64,000 nt of DNA from a virus: positions 74,588-138,587 of the IMG/VR virus record IMGVR_UViG_3300026097_000011; one strand, written 5' to 3'. This document shows, piece after piece, positions 9,263 to 19,500 of this stretch. The notes under the pieces are model-generated. The model was not told the DNA's origin. It ran no database searches and saw only the letters and a program-made list of their open reading frames with translations. A program made the translations under genes and the position numbers. Positions within the stretch are counted from its first letter, which is position 1. Each line of letters begins with the position of its first letter.

Positions 9263-10282
9263 TTACATTTCTTCAAACAATGAGTCATACTCATCTTTTT
9301 CAGATACTTTATCTGACTTAGTTTCAGGTTCTAATGGAGTATCATTTGATTTCTCAGATTCAAACTTAACTGGCTCATCAATGATATCACCAGAAGGCGC
9401 AGATGCTGTAAGTTTTCCTGATAATTTAGCAAAAATAGCTTCTTTCATTTTATCATCCTTAGTTCTATCAAGGACCCTATCCAATACTGGACGAGGTTGA
9501 ATTAAAGATACAATATTTTCTGCAACTTTATCAAACTGTTCATCAGTCCATTCTCGATGCATATAGTCTTCAAGTGAAGGTGTATTCTTTTTCAAGAATT
9601 CCTGTACTAATCTAACAGATTTTTCACTATTTTCTGTGACTACGGAAGTGTCTCCTATCTTAAATACGAAAGGTGTGATATCATCCATAAATTTACATTT
9701 AGTCCAGTCTCTAAAAATCTTAGTCTTTTTACCAACTACACATAAGAAATCTTTTCCTTTTAAAAGGTGATATGGATTTACAGATTCAGCAGTTTCGATT
9801 AATTCACTTTCCTCAGGATTAATCTGACTATCAATAATTTGATTGATCTGAGATGAGAATTTAAAGAACTTGATAGTTCCTTCTAATTCTGGTCTCTGTG
9901 GATCTTTCTTGATATATACAGGAGACATATTAGTATGCCATCTTGAGAATGCATCTTTTAATTTTTTATGTAATTCTGGCTCTTCTTTCTCAAGTCCTTT
10001 AATTACGGTTTCTATATCCCAAAGGATAGAAGGTTGTCCAACATTAGATGGGCAATCTACATAAGTTGCTTCTTTTGTTAGTGGGTTGTAAAATTTAGCT
10101 GAATACTTAGTATATTTGCTTAATTTCTTGTCGTGGATGTAAGGTAAAAATCTGAAAACAGATTGATATTTTCCACCAAATGCGTTTGGATCAGGATTGT
10201 AAATATTCTCATCCGTCTTTCGTTCGTACGATGATGATTTAGGCTTAAATCCTTCATCTGGTAAATCAAAAAAGTCACTCAT
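9263..10282 (-). CDS. Single-stranded DNA-binding protein (T4 gp32-like)
   Basis: VFRFLP, YVDCPSNVG, VYIKKDPQRPELEGTIKFFKF, NPYHLLKGKDF, and an acidic C-terminal tail. Confidence 0.88.
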   Translation of the reverse strand: MSDFFDLPDEGFKPKSSSYERKTDENIYNPDPNAFGGKYQSVFRFLPYIHDKKLSKYTKYSAKFYNPLTKEATYVDCPSNVGQPSILWDIETVIKGLEKEEPELHKKLKDAFSRWHTNMSPVYIKKDPQRPELEGTIKFFKFSSQINQIIDSQINPEESELIETAESVNPYHLLKGKDFLCVVGKKTKIFRDWTKCKFMDDITPFVFKIGDTSVVTENSEKSVRLVQEFLKKNTPSLEDYMHREWTDEQFDKVAENIVSLIQPRPVLDRVLDRTKDDKMKEAIFAKLSGKLTASAPSGDIIDEPVKFESEKSNDTPLEPETKSDKVSEKDEYDSLFEEM

Positions 10283-10319
10283 AGTTAATTATTATTTTTT
10301 AGTTGTTTTTAATATCTAT

Positions 10320-10347
10320 ATTATACTTATTTGTTGGTATAAGTTTC
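10320..10347 (-). promoter_or_regulatory. Putative early/middle promoter GAAAC-N15-AGTATAAT
   Basis: Full match to the recurrent motif, upstream of SSB. Confidence 0.65.
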
Positions 10348-10362
10348 ACCATTTTTGAAAAA

Positions 10363-10393
10363 AAAAAGGATAACTTTTATAGTTATCCTTTTT
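10363..10393 (-). terminator. Intrinsic terminator
   Basis: AAAAAGGATAACT-loop-AGTTATCCTTTTT with a long U tract on the minus strand, after the Hc1-like gene. Confidence 0.75.
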
Positions 10394-10414
10394 CTTTATA
10401 TTGTCAATCCTGTA

Positions 10415-10684
10415 TTACTTTCCAGCAATTTCTTCTCTAAGACTTTTAGCTCCATCTTTGATAGTTGCCATTGTTTTAGAATTAGTTGGATTATGGATCG
10501 TTTTTCTGATCTCCTGTAGAGACTTTCTAATACGTCCACCAGCGCTCTTTACGCCTTTGTCGAAGAATTTTTCTACGTCACCGCTTGCTTCAATCTCAGC
10601 GATATGATTATCGATTTCTCCAAATACTGAAGCTTTTGCTTCTTCTACTGTTGCTTTAAATTGTTCAAAACTATTCATATTCAT
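10415..10684 (-). CDS. Histone H1-like nucleoid protein (Hc1 family, Bacteroidota type)
   Basis: DVEKFFDKGVKSAGGRIRKSLQEIRK matches the Hc1 pattern KF.EKGNKAAG.R.RK...E. Confidence 0.75.
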   Translation of the reverse strand: MNMNSFEQFKATVEEAKASVFGEIDNHIAEIEASGDVEKFFDKGVKSAGGRIRKSLQEIRKTIHNPTNSKTMATIKDGAKSLREEIAGK

Positions 10685-10697
10685 TAAATTTTAGTAT

Positions 10698-10725
10698 ATT
10701 ATACTAGGGAATAGTTATTGGTTTT
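10698..10725 (-). promoter_or_regulatory. Putative early/middle promoter AAAAC-N15-AGTATAAT
   Basis: Full match to the recurrent motif, upstream of the Hc1-like gene. Confidence 0.65.
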
Positions 10726-11479
10726 AGATAGAATCAATTATTTTATTCACCCTCGGGTTATTAGTGTCAATTAGTGCATCTGGATAATTCTCTAGGGCAT
10801 GTATCATCCACACTTTAAATACCTCTTCATATTCACTACCAGTTAATTTATCACCTTTTACAAACGGTAGTAGATATTTATCAAATAGTTCATCCAAGCT
10901 AGATCCTTCTACTTTACTTCTCTTATACATTCCTATTACCATAGATTCAATTTCATCAGGTAATAGGAAGTATTTAAAGCTTGAGTTTGCATTTGATCTA
11001 TCTGCTCCAGAGCTAGGTCTAATATTAAATGGGTCTCTATTCCATCCAATTTGATTAGTGTGATTTACTTCGTGAGCAATTATATCTGTTAATTTATATT
11101 CCAATTCAGTATATAAATCAGGCTCACGCTTAGGATTGATAATTAAAGTTATGATTATTTCTGGAATAATTAAATCTGTTTTATTAATATGAGCATTTGC
11201 ATCAAGTGCAAATCCATATTTTTTAAAGTTTATTTCCTCCCATTGTAATTCTTTAAAATGTTCATCGGTTTCAAAATTAGGAGAGGATATTTTCTTAACT
11301 TGTATTACTAAATCAAATGAGTTATCGCCGTTGTATTCCAGTTTTCTAATTTCAGTATATGAATCGCTATTCACATCTGTTTTCTTAAGTATTTCAATTA
11401 CGTCCCTTGAATATCCTAAACTAGGAACATCAATTGATTCACTTTCATTAATAAATTCATTAAATCCCTTTATTCTCAT
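10724..11479 (-). CDS. Putative internal head protein with HExxH zinc-metallopeptidase motif
   Basis: IAHEVNH followed by YFLLPDEIES; N-terminus MRIKGFNEFINE resembles a T4 capsid-targeting sequence. Confidence 0.55.
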   Translation of the reverse strand: MRIKGFNEFINESESIDVPSLGYSRDVIEILKKTDVNSDSYTEIRKLEYNGDNSFDLVIQVKKISSPNFETDEHFKELQWEEINFKKYGFALDANAHINKTDLIIPEIIITLIINPKREPDLYTELEYKLTDIIAHEVNHTNQIGWNRDPFNIRPSSGADRSNANSSFKYFLLPDEIESMVIGMYKRSKVEGSSLDELFDKYLLPFVKGDKLTGSEYEEVFKVWMIHALENYPDALIDTNNPRVNKIIDSI

Positions 11480-11970
11480 TATTTAGTTATTATGAATGTT
11501 ACATCTACTGCGTCTGTACTAGGTACTTTATCACCGGGTGAGAAAATAACTTCTGTATCTTGAGTTTGTTTTCCTTCCATACCTGACTGAATTGCATGTT
11601 TAAATTTTTCAACGTGCTTTTGATCTTCTGGTGTAACTGAGTCTTTGATGCCTGCTATATAATCAAACATCGCTTTTCTCTTTACATTAATTGCACTTTT
11701 CGCAAGTCCTGTTGTTTCCTCATCGACGTATGTATCGATCCATTTTTCTAGATCCTCTTTCTTAATATTATATGTTGAATACCTTTTAGATGTACTTCCA
11801 TCTGGATATTTATAATCTATGTTTTCATCACCGTCTATAAATAGAACAGTATATATTGGTTCAGAGGGAGCAGTCGCTTGTGCAGCTCCATCCATTGGCA
11901 TAGCTCCTCCCATGTCCTGCTCAGCAATATAATTAGAAAAGTATTTTAAGTGTTTTAAATTTTTATCCAT
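11479..11970 (-). CDS. Hypothetical late protein, putative internal head protein
   Basis: The late promoter at 11987-11994 implies a start at ATG 11970; N-terminus MDKNLKHLKYFSNYIAEQ. Confidence 0.6.
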   Translation of the reverse strand: MDKNLKHLKYFSNYIAEQDMGGAMPMDGAAQATAPSEPIYTVLFIDGDENIDYKYPDGSTSKRYSTYNIKKEDLEKWIDTYVDEETTGLAKSAINVKRKAMFDYIAGIKDSVTPEDQKHVEKFKHAIQSGMEGKQTQDTEVIFSPGDKVPSTDAVDVTFIITK

Positions 11971-11997
11971 CTTAAATTCTTTTTTATTATTTATCAT

Positions 11998-12026
11998 AAG
12001 AAAGCCCTCAAATCGAGGGCTTTCTT
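11998..12026 (-). terminator. Intrinsic terminator after nrdJ
   Basis: AAGAAAGCCCTC-loop-GAGGGCTTTCTT. Confidence 0.75.
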
Positions 12027-12090
12027 TTATTTACAGTTCCAAATAAACTCTTTATAGTATAGAAATGTTATCCAATCGTCCCTTCTCATA

Positions 12091-14676
12091 TTATCCACAT
12101 TTTGAATTTCCACAGCCCATACATGTTAAACATCCTTCTTTATATTCAAGTGAATCAGATCCACATTCATTACATGTCTTACCTGATTGAACAGTTCCAT
12201 CCTTTATATACTTTTTAATCATTCGCTTAACTCCTGATTTCCAAGTACTTATAAATTCTCCATCTAGGTTCAATCCGTCTAATAAGTCAATTACGTATGG
12301 AAGAGGCATTCCATGTCTCAATATAGCAGATATAGTTTTAGCCATATCATAATATCTATCATCAAACGCATGATTTAAGCTAGGAATTCTGATATCATTT
12401 CCGTTTTTATCAGAATAGATGAAATCATAATTAGATTTTCCATCGTCTCCTTTTGTTCTTTTAATGATTCCATTATCGACATACGATGGAATAGGAAAAT
12501 TATCATGATTTCCAGTAAATATCTCGTATGGCTTTCCATCTAGTTCTCCTATGAATCCTACCCATTTTTTTCCTTTATTCATAAATGTCAACACTGATGT
12601 ATCTAATGACTTAGGTCTCTTGGGTGCATGGTGTTCTGTGAAGAGTGCATCTTTTTCTTTTTCTTCTTTTGAAATTAGAACCCCAGATCTTGATCCGTCT
12701 CTATATATAGTACATCCCTTACATCCATGCTTCCATGCGGTGATATATACATCGTTTACAAGTGCTTCATCTACATGTTCAGGAAGGTTAACAGTTACTG
12801 ATATAGAATGATCTACCCATTTTTGAATTGCACCTTGCATTTTTACTTTTTCTACCCAATCCACATCATTTGCCATTCCTTTATAATACGGTGATTTTTC
12901 TATCAGCATATTAACAGTTTCATCGCTTAATTCTTCTAATGGAATTATTTTGTCTTCTCTACTAAGATATTTGTGACCTGTGATTTCAATCCATTGTTTA
13001 AACGCATGATGAAATACATTATATTCTTCCCAATGGTCTCCCACTTCATCGACAAATACGGCGTTGGAATTTACATCATTTGGGTTTACCTTCTTACGTC
13101 TTCTATATGCTACCATAAACGCAGGTTCAATTCCAGAAGATGTCTGTGCCATTAGAGAAACTGTTCCAGTTGGAGCAATTGTAAGTAGAGCGATATTACG
13201 TCTACCATACAGCATTAAGTCATCATATAACTTTGGATCCTCTTCTTTGATTCTATTTAAGAATGGGTGATCTTGTTCTCTAGCCGGATCCCATATTTTG
13301 AAAGTGCCTCTCTCTTTTGCAAGAATGTTAGATGATCTAAACACTTCAAGTGCGTATGTTTTATGAATATTTTCTGCAAATTTGGTAGCTTTCTTAGTTC
13401 CATATGTTAGTCCTAATGCAGCTAACATATCTCCCTCTGCAGTAATCCCAACTCCAGTTCTTCTGCCTTCCTTACATTTTTTCTGAATTTTAGTCCAAAG
13501 TTCAATCTCAGTTCTTTTTGTAGTTTGAGATTCTGGATCATCTTTCAATTTATTTAAAATTCCATCGATCTTTTCAACTTCTAGATCAACAATATCATCC
13601 ATCATCCTCAATGCATATGCTGCATGCTCTTTAAATAATTCGAAGTCAAATTCTGCGTCTTTAGTGAATGGATTCTTTACATATGACAACAAATTAACTG
13701 CTAGTAATCTACAAGAATCATCTGGGCATAATGGAATTTCACCACACGGATTAGTAGATACCGTTTTATATCCTAGATCAGAATATCTGTCAGGTAAAGA
13801 TTCTCTGATTATTTGATCCCAGAACAAAACTCCAGGCTCAGCTGATTTCCAGTTATTAGATACTATTTTATTCCATATAGCATGTGCATCTACTTCCTTA
13901 GTAACAGATGGATTATCAGAGTCAACTGGCCATTGTTGTGTGTATTTACCGTCTCCAGTAACAGACTTCATGAAATCATCATGTGCTTTAATGGATACGT
14001 TTGCTCCGGTAACTTTTGTTCCATCTAACTTAGCATCAATAAATGCTTCAGAATCAGGATGCTTAATAGACATTGATAACATCAATGCTCCTCTTCTTCC
14101 ATCCTGTGCAACCTCTCGAGTTGAATTAGAATATCTTTCCATAAATGGAACGACGCCAGTTGAAGTAAGTGCAGAGTTATTAACTCTACTTCCACCTGGT
14201 CTAATTGCTTCTAATGTGTGCCCAACTCCACCTCTACGCTTCATTAGTTGAACTTGTTCTTGATCAGTATTCATAATAGCTCCGTATGAATCAGATGGTC
14301 CGTCGTGACCAATTACAAAACAATTAGATAGAGATACAGTTTGGAAATCGTTCCCTATACCACTCATCGGAGATCCTTGAGGTATAATATACTTGAAATC
14401 TTTTATGAGTGACAGAATGAGCTCGTATGACATAGGATTATCATATTTTTGCTCTATTCTTGATATTTCTGATGCAATTCGTACGTGCATGTCATCTGGA
14501 GTAGATTCATAGATGCTTCCATCTGAATCTTTCAAAGCATACTTGTTAACCCAAACATCAGCTGCTAAGGTATCTCCATTGAAATATTCCTCAGATGCAG
14601 CAACTGCTTGTTCTCTAGTATACACTGTTAATTTTTCTTTTTTAGCTTTAAGCGTAACTTCCATTGTTGTATTCAT
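12091..14676 (-). CDS. nrdJ: Class II (adenosylcobalamin-dependent) ribonucleotide reductase
   Basis: SLSNCFV, RRGALM, TNPCGEIPL, IAPTGTVS, IYRDGSRSGVL, C-terminal CNECG...CLTCMGCGNSKCG. No intein seen. Confidence 0.93.
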   Translation of the reverse strand: MNTTMEVTLKAKKEKLTVYTREQAVAASEEYFNGDTLAADVWVNKYALKDSDGSIYESTPDDMHVRIASEISRIEQKYDNPMSYELILSLIKDFKYIIPQGSPMSGIGNDFQTVSLSNCFVIGHDGPSDSYGAIMNTDQEQVQLMKRRGGVGHTLEAIRPGGSRVNNSALTSTGVVPFMERYSNSTREVAQDGRRGALMLSMSIKHPDSEAFIDAKLDGTKVTGANVSIKAHDDFMKSVTGDGKYTQQWPVDSDNPSVTKEVDAHAIWNKIVSNNWKSAEPGVLFWDQIIRESLPDRYSDLGYKTVSTNPCGEIPLCPDDSCRLLAVNLLSYVKNPFTKDAEFDFELFKEHAAYALRMMDDIVDLEVEKIDGILNKLKDDPESQTTKRTEIELWTKIQKKCKEGRRTGVGITAEGDMLAALGLTYGTKKATKFAENIHKTYALEVFRSSNILAKERGTFKIWDPAREQDHPFLNRIKEEDPKLYDDLMLYGRRNIALLTIAPTGTVSLMAQTSSGIEPAFMVAYRRRKKVNPNDVNSNAVFVDEVGDHWEEYNVFHHAFKQWIEITGHKYLSREDKIIPLEELSDETVNMLIEKSPYYKGMANDVDWVEKVKMQGAIQKWVDHSISVTVNLPEHVDEALVNDVYITAWKHGCKGCTIYRDGSRSGVLISKEEKEKDALFTEHHAPKRPKSLDTSVLTFMNKGKKWVGFIGELDGKPYEIFTGNHDNFPIPSYVDNGIIKRTKGDDGKSNYDFIYSDKNGNDIRIPSLNHAFDDRYYDMAKTISAILRHGMPLPYVIDLLDGLNLDGEFISTWKSGVKRMIKKYIKDGTVQSGKTCNECGSDSLEYKEGCLTCMGCGNSKCG

Positions 14677-14682
14677 TTTTTT

Positions 14683-15126
14683 TTATTTTGTACCAGTAGA
14701 TCCGAATCCTCCTTCTCCACGGTCAGTTACTAAATCTCCAAATGTCTCTTCTTCACTAGTTGCTTCTTCAACATTTACGTAATTTACAGGTAAGCATAAC
14801 AGTTGAACTATTTTGTCTCCTGGATTAACAGATTGAGCAATATCACCTACATTTTTAAGGTCTATATGAATTTCACCCGTGTAATCTTCATCAATTACAC
14901 AAGCTCCAACCATTAGACTTTTCTTTGCGGCTATTCCTGATTTATTCATTGCAACTAATGCGTGTCCACTTGGAACTCTAGCTTTAATCCCAGCTGGGAT
15001 AAATGCAGATTGTCCTGGTTCTAGTACAATTGATTCTTGGTCATTTGGAACGAATAAATCGATTCCAGCTGATCCACCAGTACCTCTTACTGGCATTTTC
15101 ACATCTCTAATTCTTAGAATTTTCAT
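14683..15126 (-). CDS. dut: dUTPase (trimeric)
   Basis: SAGIDL, NKSG, VIDEDYTGEI, GDKIVQL, RGEGGFGSTG. Confidence 0.96.
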   Translation of the reverse strand: MKILRIRDVKMPVRGTGGSAGIDLFVPNDQESIVLEPGQSAFIPAGIKARVPSGHALVAMNKSGIAAKKSLMVGACVIDEDYTGEIHIDLKNVGDIAQSVNPGDKIVQLLCLPVNYVNVEEATSEEETFGDLVTDRGEGGFGSTGTK

Positions 15127-15159
15127 ATTTTATTTTTGTATTTACAGTTTTTACTAGAC

Positions 15160-15189
15160 TGCTCTGCCACCTAACCAGGTGGCAGAGCA
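15160..15189. promoter_or_regulatory. Perfect 13-bp GC-rich hairpin in the dut leader
   Basis: TGCTCTGCCACCT-AACC-AGGTGGCAGAGCA; no U tract on the coding (minus) strand. Confidence 0.6.
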
Positions 15190-15255
15190 TGCTCTATTTT
15201 ATGTTGTTAAATATTGAGTAAATTTTCATGTTCGAATTTATTTATCAGTTCTAAA

Positions 15256-16446
15256 TTAATCAGATTCTACAAATTCGAATTTTAAATTTTTATTTATTGG
15301 ATCTACTTTAGAAACCTTTACCATTGGGTAGTGATTAAGGTTTCTCTCTAAATCTCGTCTTCGCATAGTAACATTAAATGATTCACCATCTATGTATATA
15401 CTGATTGAATTATTAGAGGAATCTACTTCATATTCGAAGCTTTCTCCTTCTGTCCTAGATCTAAGTTGATCCCATCTTTTCTTTTCAGAGTCAATAGTGT
15501 CAGGATCAAGAGTTAATACAATACGATATTGAGATCCTTTTTTAGTAACATTTTTGATATAGAAATCTATTTCATCATCTGCTTTAAGTGTTGATTTAAC
15601 TTCATTGTAATTTTCAAATTCAGACGAGTGAATTAATCCAGTGTAATATCCTTCAAATTCTACAAATACTCCAAAATCATATGGACGATTGGTTAATATT
15701 CCAGTATATTTTTTACCGAATTGTAATTCACTAACCATTAGCGGCATAGACCGTTGAATATACTTTTTGTAAGATAATATGAATAAATCATTTGATCTAT
15801 CATAATTATCTACCATTACATTTAGAGTTGCTCCTAGTAATTTGGAAAAATCTCTAATTACATTAGCACCTGCATGAGATCCTGGGATAAAGCATTCTAT
15901 TGTATCTTTATATATAGCAACATATCCACCTTTTATTAATTTCTTGATTTTAACCTCAAACCATGTTTTATTTTCAGCATGTTTATGTAGTTCATTAGCA
16001 TAATTTATAGATACGCATCTCTTTTGTGATCCTATAAAACTTCCACTTCGATCATTTTTAATAATCATTACATTAAAATCTACTTCACTTTCTCCCTTTG
16101 AAAGATCTTCAACTGAAAATGCATATTCATTAAATGGGATTATGATTTCAACACCAGCATCGCACTCTGTTGCTTTAATATATTTGTCATCAAATGATAT
16201 TTGATTTGCAGTAACATCATATATTTGACCTATCGTCAAATCCTTACATGCGTGTAAATTATTACCGCTTTCAAGCTCATACTCCTTCATCTTGTCATAT
16301 AGTTCCTGAGCATAAGGTTCTTTGCAATATATTTTGATGCCCGCTTTAGCATCCTCCTCTGTTACTTCAACACCAGTATTGTACTTACTTAAGTGATTAT
16401 CGAAAAGGTCTTCAACATCAGCAGGGTTATTTTTTTTCGTATCCAT
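15256..16446 (-). CDS. Ribosomal protein S1-like multi-S1-domain protein
   Basis: IKGGYVA...CFIPGSH and PYDFGVFVEFEGYYTGLIHSSE are S1/OB signatures of bS1 domains. Confidence 0.85.
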   Translation of the reverse strand: MDTKKNNPADVEDLFDNHLSKYNTGVEVTEEDAKAGIKIYCKEPYAQELYDKMKEYELESGNNLHACKDLTIGQIYDVTANQISFDDKYIKATECDAGVEIIIPFNEYAFSVEDLSKGESEVDFNVMIIKNDRSGSFIGSQKRCVSINYANELHKHAENKTWFEVKIKKLIKGGYVAIYKDTIECFIPGSHAGANVIRDFSKLLGATLNVMVDNYDRSNDLFILSYKKYIQRSMPLMVSELQFGKKYTGILTNRPYDFGVFVEFEGYYTGLIHSSEFENYNEVKSTLKADDEIDFYIKNVTKKGSQYRIVLTLDPDTIDSEKKRWDQLRSRTEGESFEYEVDSSNNSISIYIDGESFNVTMRRRDLERNLNHYPMVKVSKVDPINKNLKFEFVESD

Positions 16447-16465
16447 ATTATTATTTTTATATAAG

Positions 16466-16494
16466 ATTATACTACGGCTAAATTCTTTAGTTTT
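16466..16494 (-). promoter_or_regulatory. Putative early/middle promoter AAAAC-N16-AGTATAAT
   Basis: Recurrent motif, upstream of the S1-like gene. Confidence 0.65.
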
Positions 16495-16500
16495 CTAATT

Positions 16501-19500
16501 TTACAAATAAGATCTAAAAAAGCCTACTTGATCTGCTCCTGTTTTAATAAATTCATCTAAGAACACTAAAAGTAATATATTCTTTGCAGTTAATCTTTCC
16601 CATGGAGGAACATCATCTGCACTTAAAATTGGATGAATTTGTTTAATTGAACCAAGTGCTCCTGCTACTCCAGCGCTCGCTACTAATAATCCTGCGACTG
16701 GATTATTCACAACTGGAGAAAGTGCAGTTTTTAATATACTAGATGCAGTTCGTACCGCCTGTTCACTTATAACAAATTGAGACTTAGATTTAGGTATTGA
16801 GAATTTTAATTGTCCCTTTGCTATAAATAATGCTTCGGCAACTTTACCATATGGTGGAAAATTAAATACAGTACTCTCCAAAACATTTAAATCTAATCCT
16901 TTTCCTGTTTTAATATGTGGAGCATTTATAATTGCATAATATGGTTTTAGTGCATCTTCTAATTTGTCAGTCATTGAGTCTATGAATTTTTTCATAAACG
17001 CCTTTATATCATTTGGATTAGAGTATATAAAATCTGTATCTAAAGGTTGAGAATTTTTAGATAATAGATTATTATTTAAATACTCTCTAATAGCAGATTT
17101 AATGATAGGTTTAACAATTGATAGATTAATAGATGTCTGTTTGCTAAGTTGTTGTTTTGCTAAAATTTGAGGAAAGCTAGCCTGTTGCATTGATAATGAT
17201 CCAAGTATTCCACTAAACATATCAGTCCCAGCTTGTAAATTTAATTCGGGTTTAGGAATAGATAGCGACGTTGGTATTGCAGTTTTTATAATATTTAATA
17301 GTCCAAGTCGCATATCTCTAGCTGAAATATTAGTCTTTCCTCCAAATAGTGATTTTAACTCAGCTTCTGACATATTATCTATTACGTCTTTAACTAATCC
17401 TACCCCCTGTGATATTGCTGCATCTACTAGCGGTGGAAATGGAAATCCAATTGAAAATGGAGGCTTAGGGCAGCATTTAGCAAATGGATCTATTGATATA
17501 CTCACACCTGCTAGTGATGATATTATGGCTGGAGTAAGTGATAGGGTTTGTTTAACTCTATCTGATTCCATTGCCTTTGATAATTCTCCTTGAGTTTTAT
17601 CAAGTTTTTCTTTTGCTTTAGCCTGTTCATCGTTACTTTTAGATTTTGATGCTTCTACTTCATCATTTGCTTTTCTAAGTTTATTAGTAGCAGATCCAGA
17701 ATCAACAGGTAGAGATCCTTTTCCCTTTGCTTTATTTGCAACTTTATCTATTGCATCCTTCATTAACTCTCTTATTTTATCTATATCTTCATTAATATTT
17801 GTATTTATAGATTCTATTGCAGATTCAATATCTTGTTTATATTTTGCAATCGCAACACTAAACATGTTTTTAATAGTCACAGCTTGATTTGATATAAATT
17901 CCCTGTCATTACTACTTGCCATTTCATCAGCTTTATTCTGAGCCTCATCTGTTACCTCTGGATTAGGATTAAGTTTATCAGGCTCCTTTGGAAGTATAAT
18001 TTTAGAAAATATTATTTTATCAAAGTAATCAAGTAAATCTTCAATATATGCATTTATCTTATCATCAATATTTAATCCATCAGATTTAAGCTTTTCATTT
18101 ATTTCTTTAACTTTAGAAGTTTCACCATTTTCCATGGCTTTTAATTTTGCAGCTTTGAGTTCTTCTCTTCTTTTAAATGATTGTTCTTTTAGTTTATTAA
18201 TTCTATTAATTACTGGCTTTCCGAGATCATCCATTGTTTTGAATATTTTTTTCTTAATATTCTCAACCATTTCTTCTACTTTTTCTCCTTTATCTGCTAC
18301 TTCTTCCATTTTAGTAGATTCAGGCTTTGCTTTATCAATTGCTTGTTTTTTGATATTTGCTATTTCTTTTTCTGCTTTATATATCCTAACTGAATCTCCG
18401 GAGGCTTTTGCTTCTTTTAATTTTTGTTCTAATATTTGGATTCTTTCTTTTTCATTTTCATTTAATAGTTCATCTGGTTCGAGAGTTGGAACCTTAGTGA
18501 TATCTAATTTAGACTGAGTTGATAGTGGAATTTTAATAATTGGTTTTATTAGCTCATCTTCAGAATCAGATCCAAATTTCTCAGAAGATCCCCTAACTGT
18601 AATCAAATGTTGTTTATATCCAGAAGCTGACATAAAAAATACGACTGGTGATATAAATATCCCATTTACATTTAAGAACGTTACTAAAACTCCAAGCGGG
18701 GTAGATATTGCAACTAATGGAACCCATACTTGAGGTAAAGGTATTTTAATTAATTTAGCTGGAGTGGGTATTATTAATCCAACTGGCCAATATCTAAATG
18801 TATTGGCATTTTCAGGGATTGGAAATAATCCTTGGACAGTTGCTAGTTTTGCAAATTCCTTCCAATAACATAGTTGACTAAAATTAGGAAGTGATGTATC
18901 AATTCCATTTATACTTTCAAAAAACGGATCGCTTCCTAAAACTGATTTTACGTCTTCACATGGATTCTCTTCGTCTGGTATATTACCAAAACATTTTTCA
19001 TTCTTTTCCTTTAGTGATGTTTTTATTTTTTCTGCGGTTGGAACATCTTCTAATATTTCTTCTATTCTACGAATTTCATTTTCTAAATCAGCTATTCTTT
19101 GGGTGAATATTATATTGGAATTATTAACTGCTTCGATTACAGTTTGTGATCCATCATACATTCCGGTTCCAACTGTTTTAGTACTGCCATCTGGATTAGT
19201 AACCTGAGCAGTTCCAGATTGATTAAACAAATTAATTCTTCCAATTGACAATAGTATTTCTACATCCTGTCTCGCAACTAATTCAAGCTGCGATTTAATC
19301 GATGGTAGTTCAGATTCAATTATTTGTTCTCTAATTTGCTTGCGTCTGGTTTTGTAAGTTTCATCAAATTCCTGATAAAAATTTTGAAGTTTATCTAAAT
19401 TACTAATAAAATATTCAGTTCCGTTTTCTTTTTTAGTTTGTAAATCCTGTCCTTCTAATTTTGGATCAAGGTGTATAATATCGGATGTTAGTCCTCGCTC

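Noticed and set aside
12091-14676. Intein or intron in nrdJ, or in uvsX or polB
   Set aside because: Motifs are contiguous (e.g. TNPCGEIPL), lengths are normal, and there are no Hint motifs.
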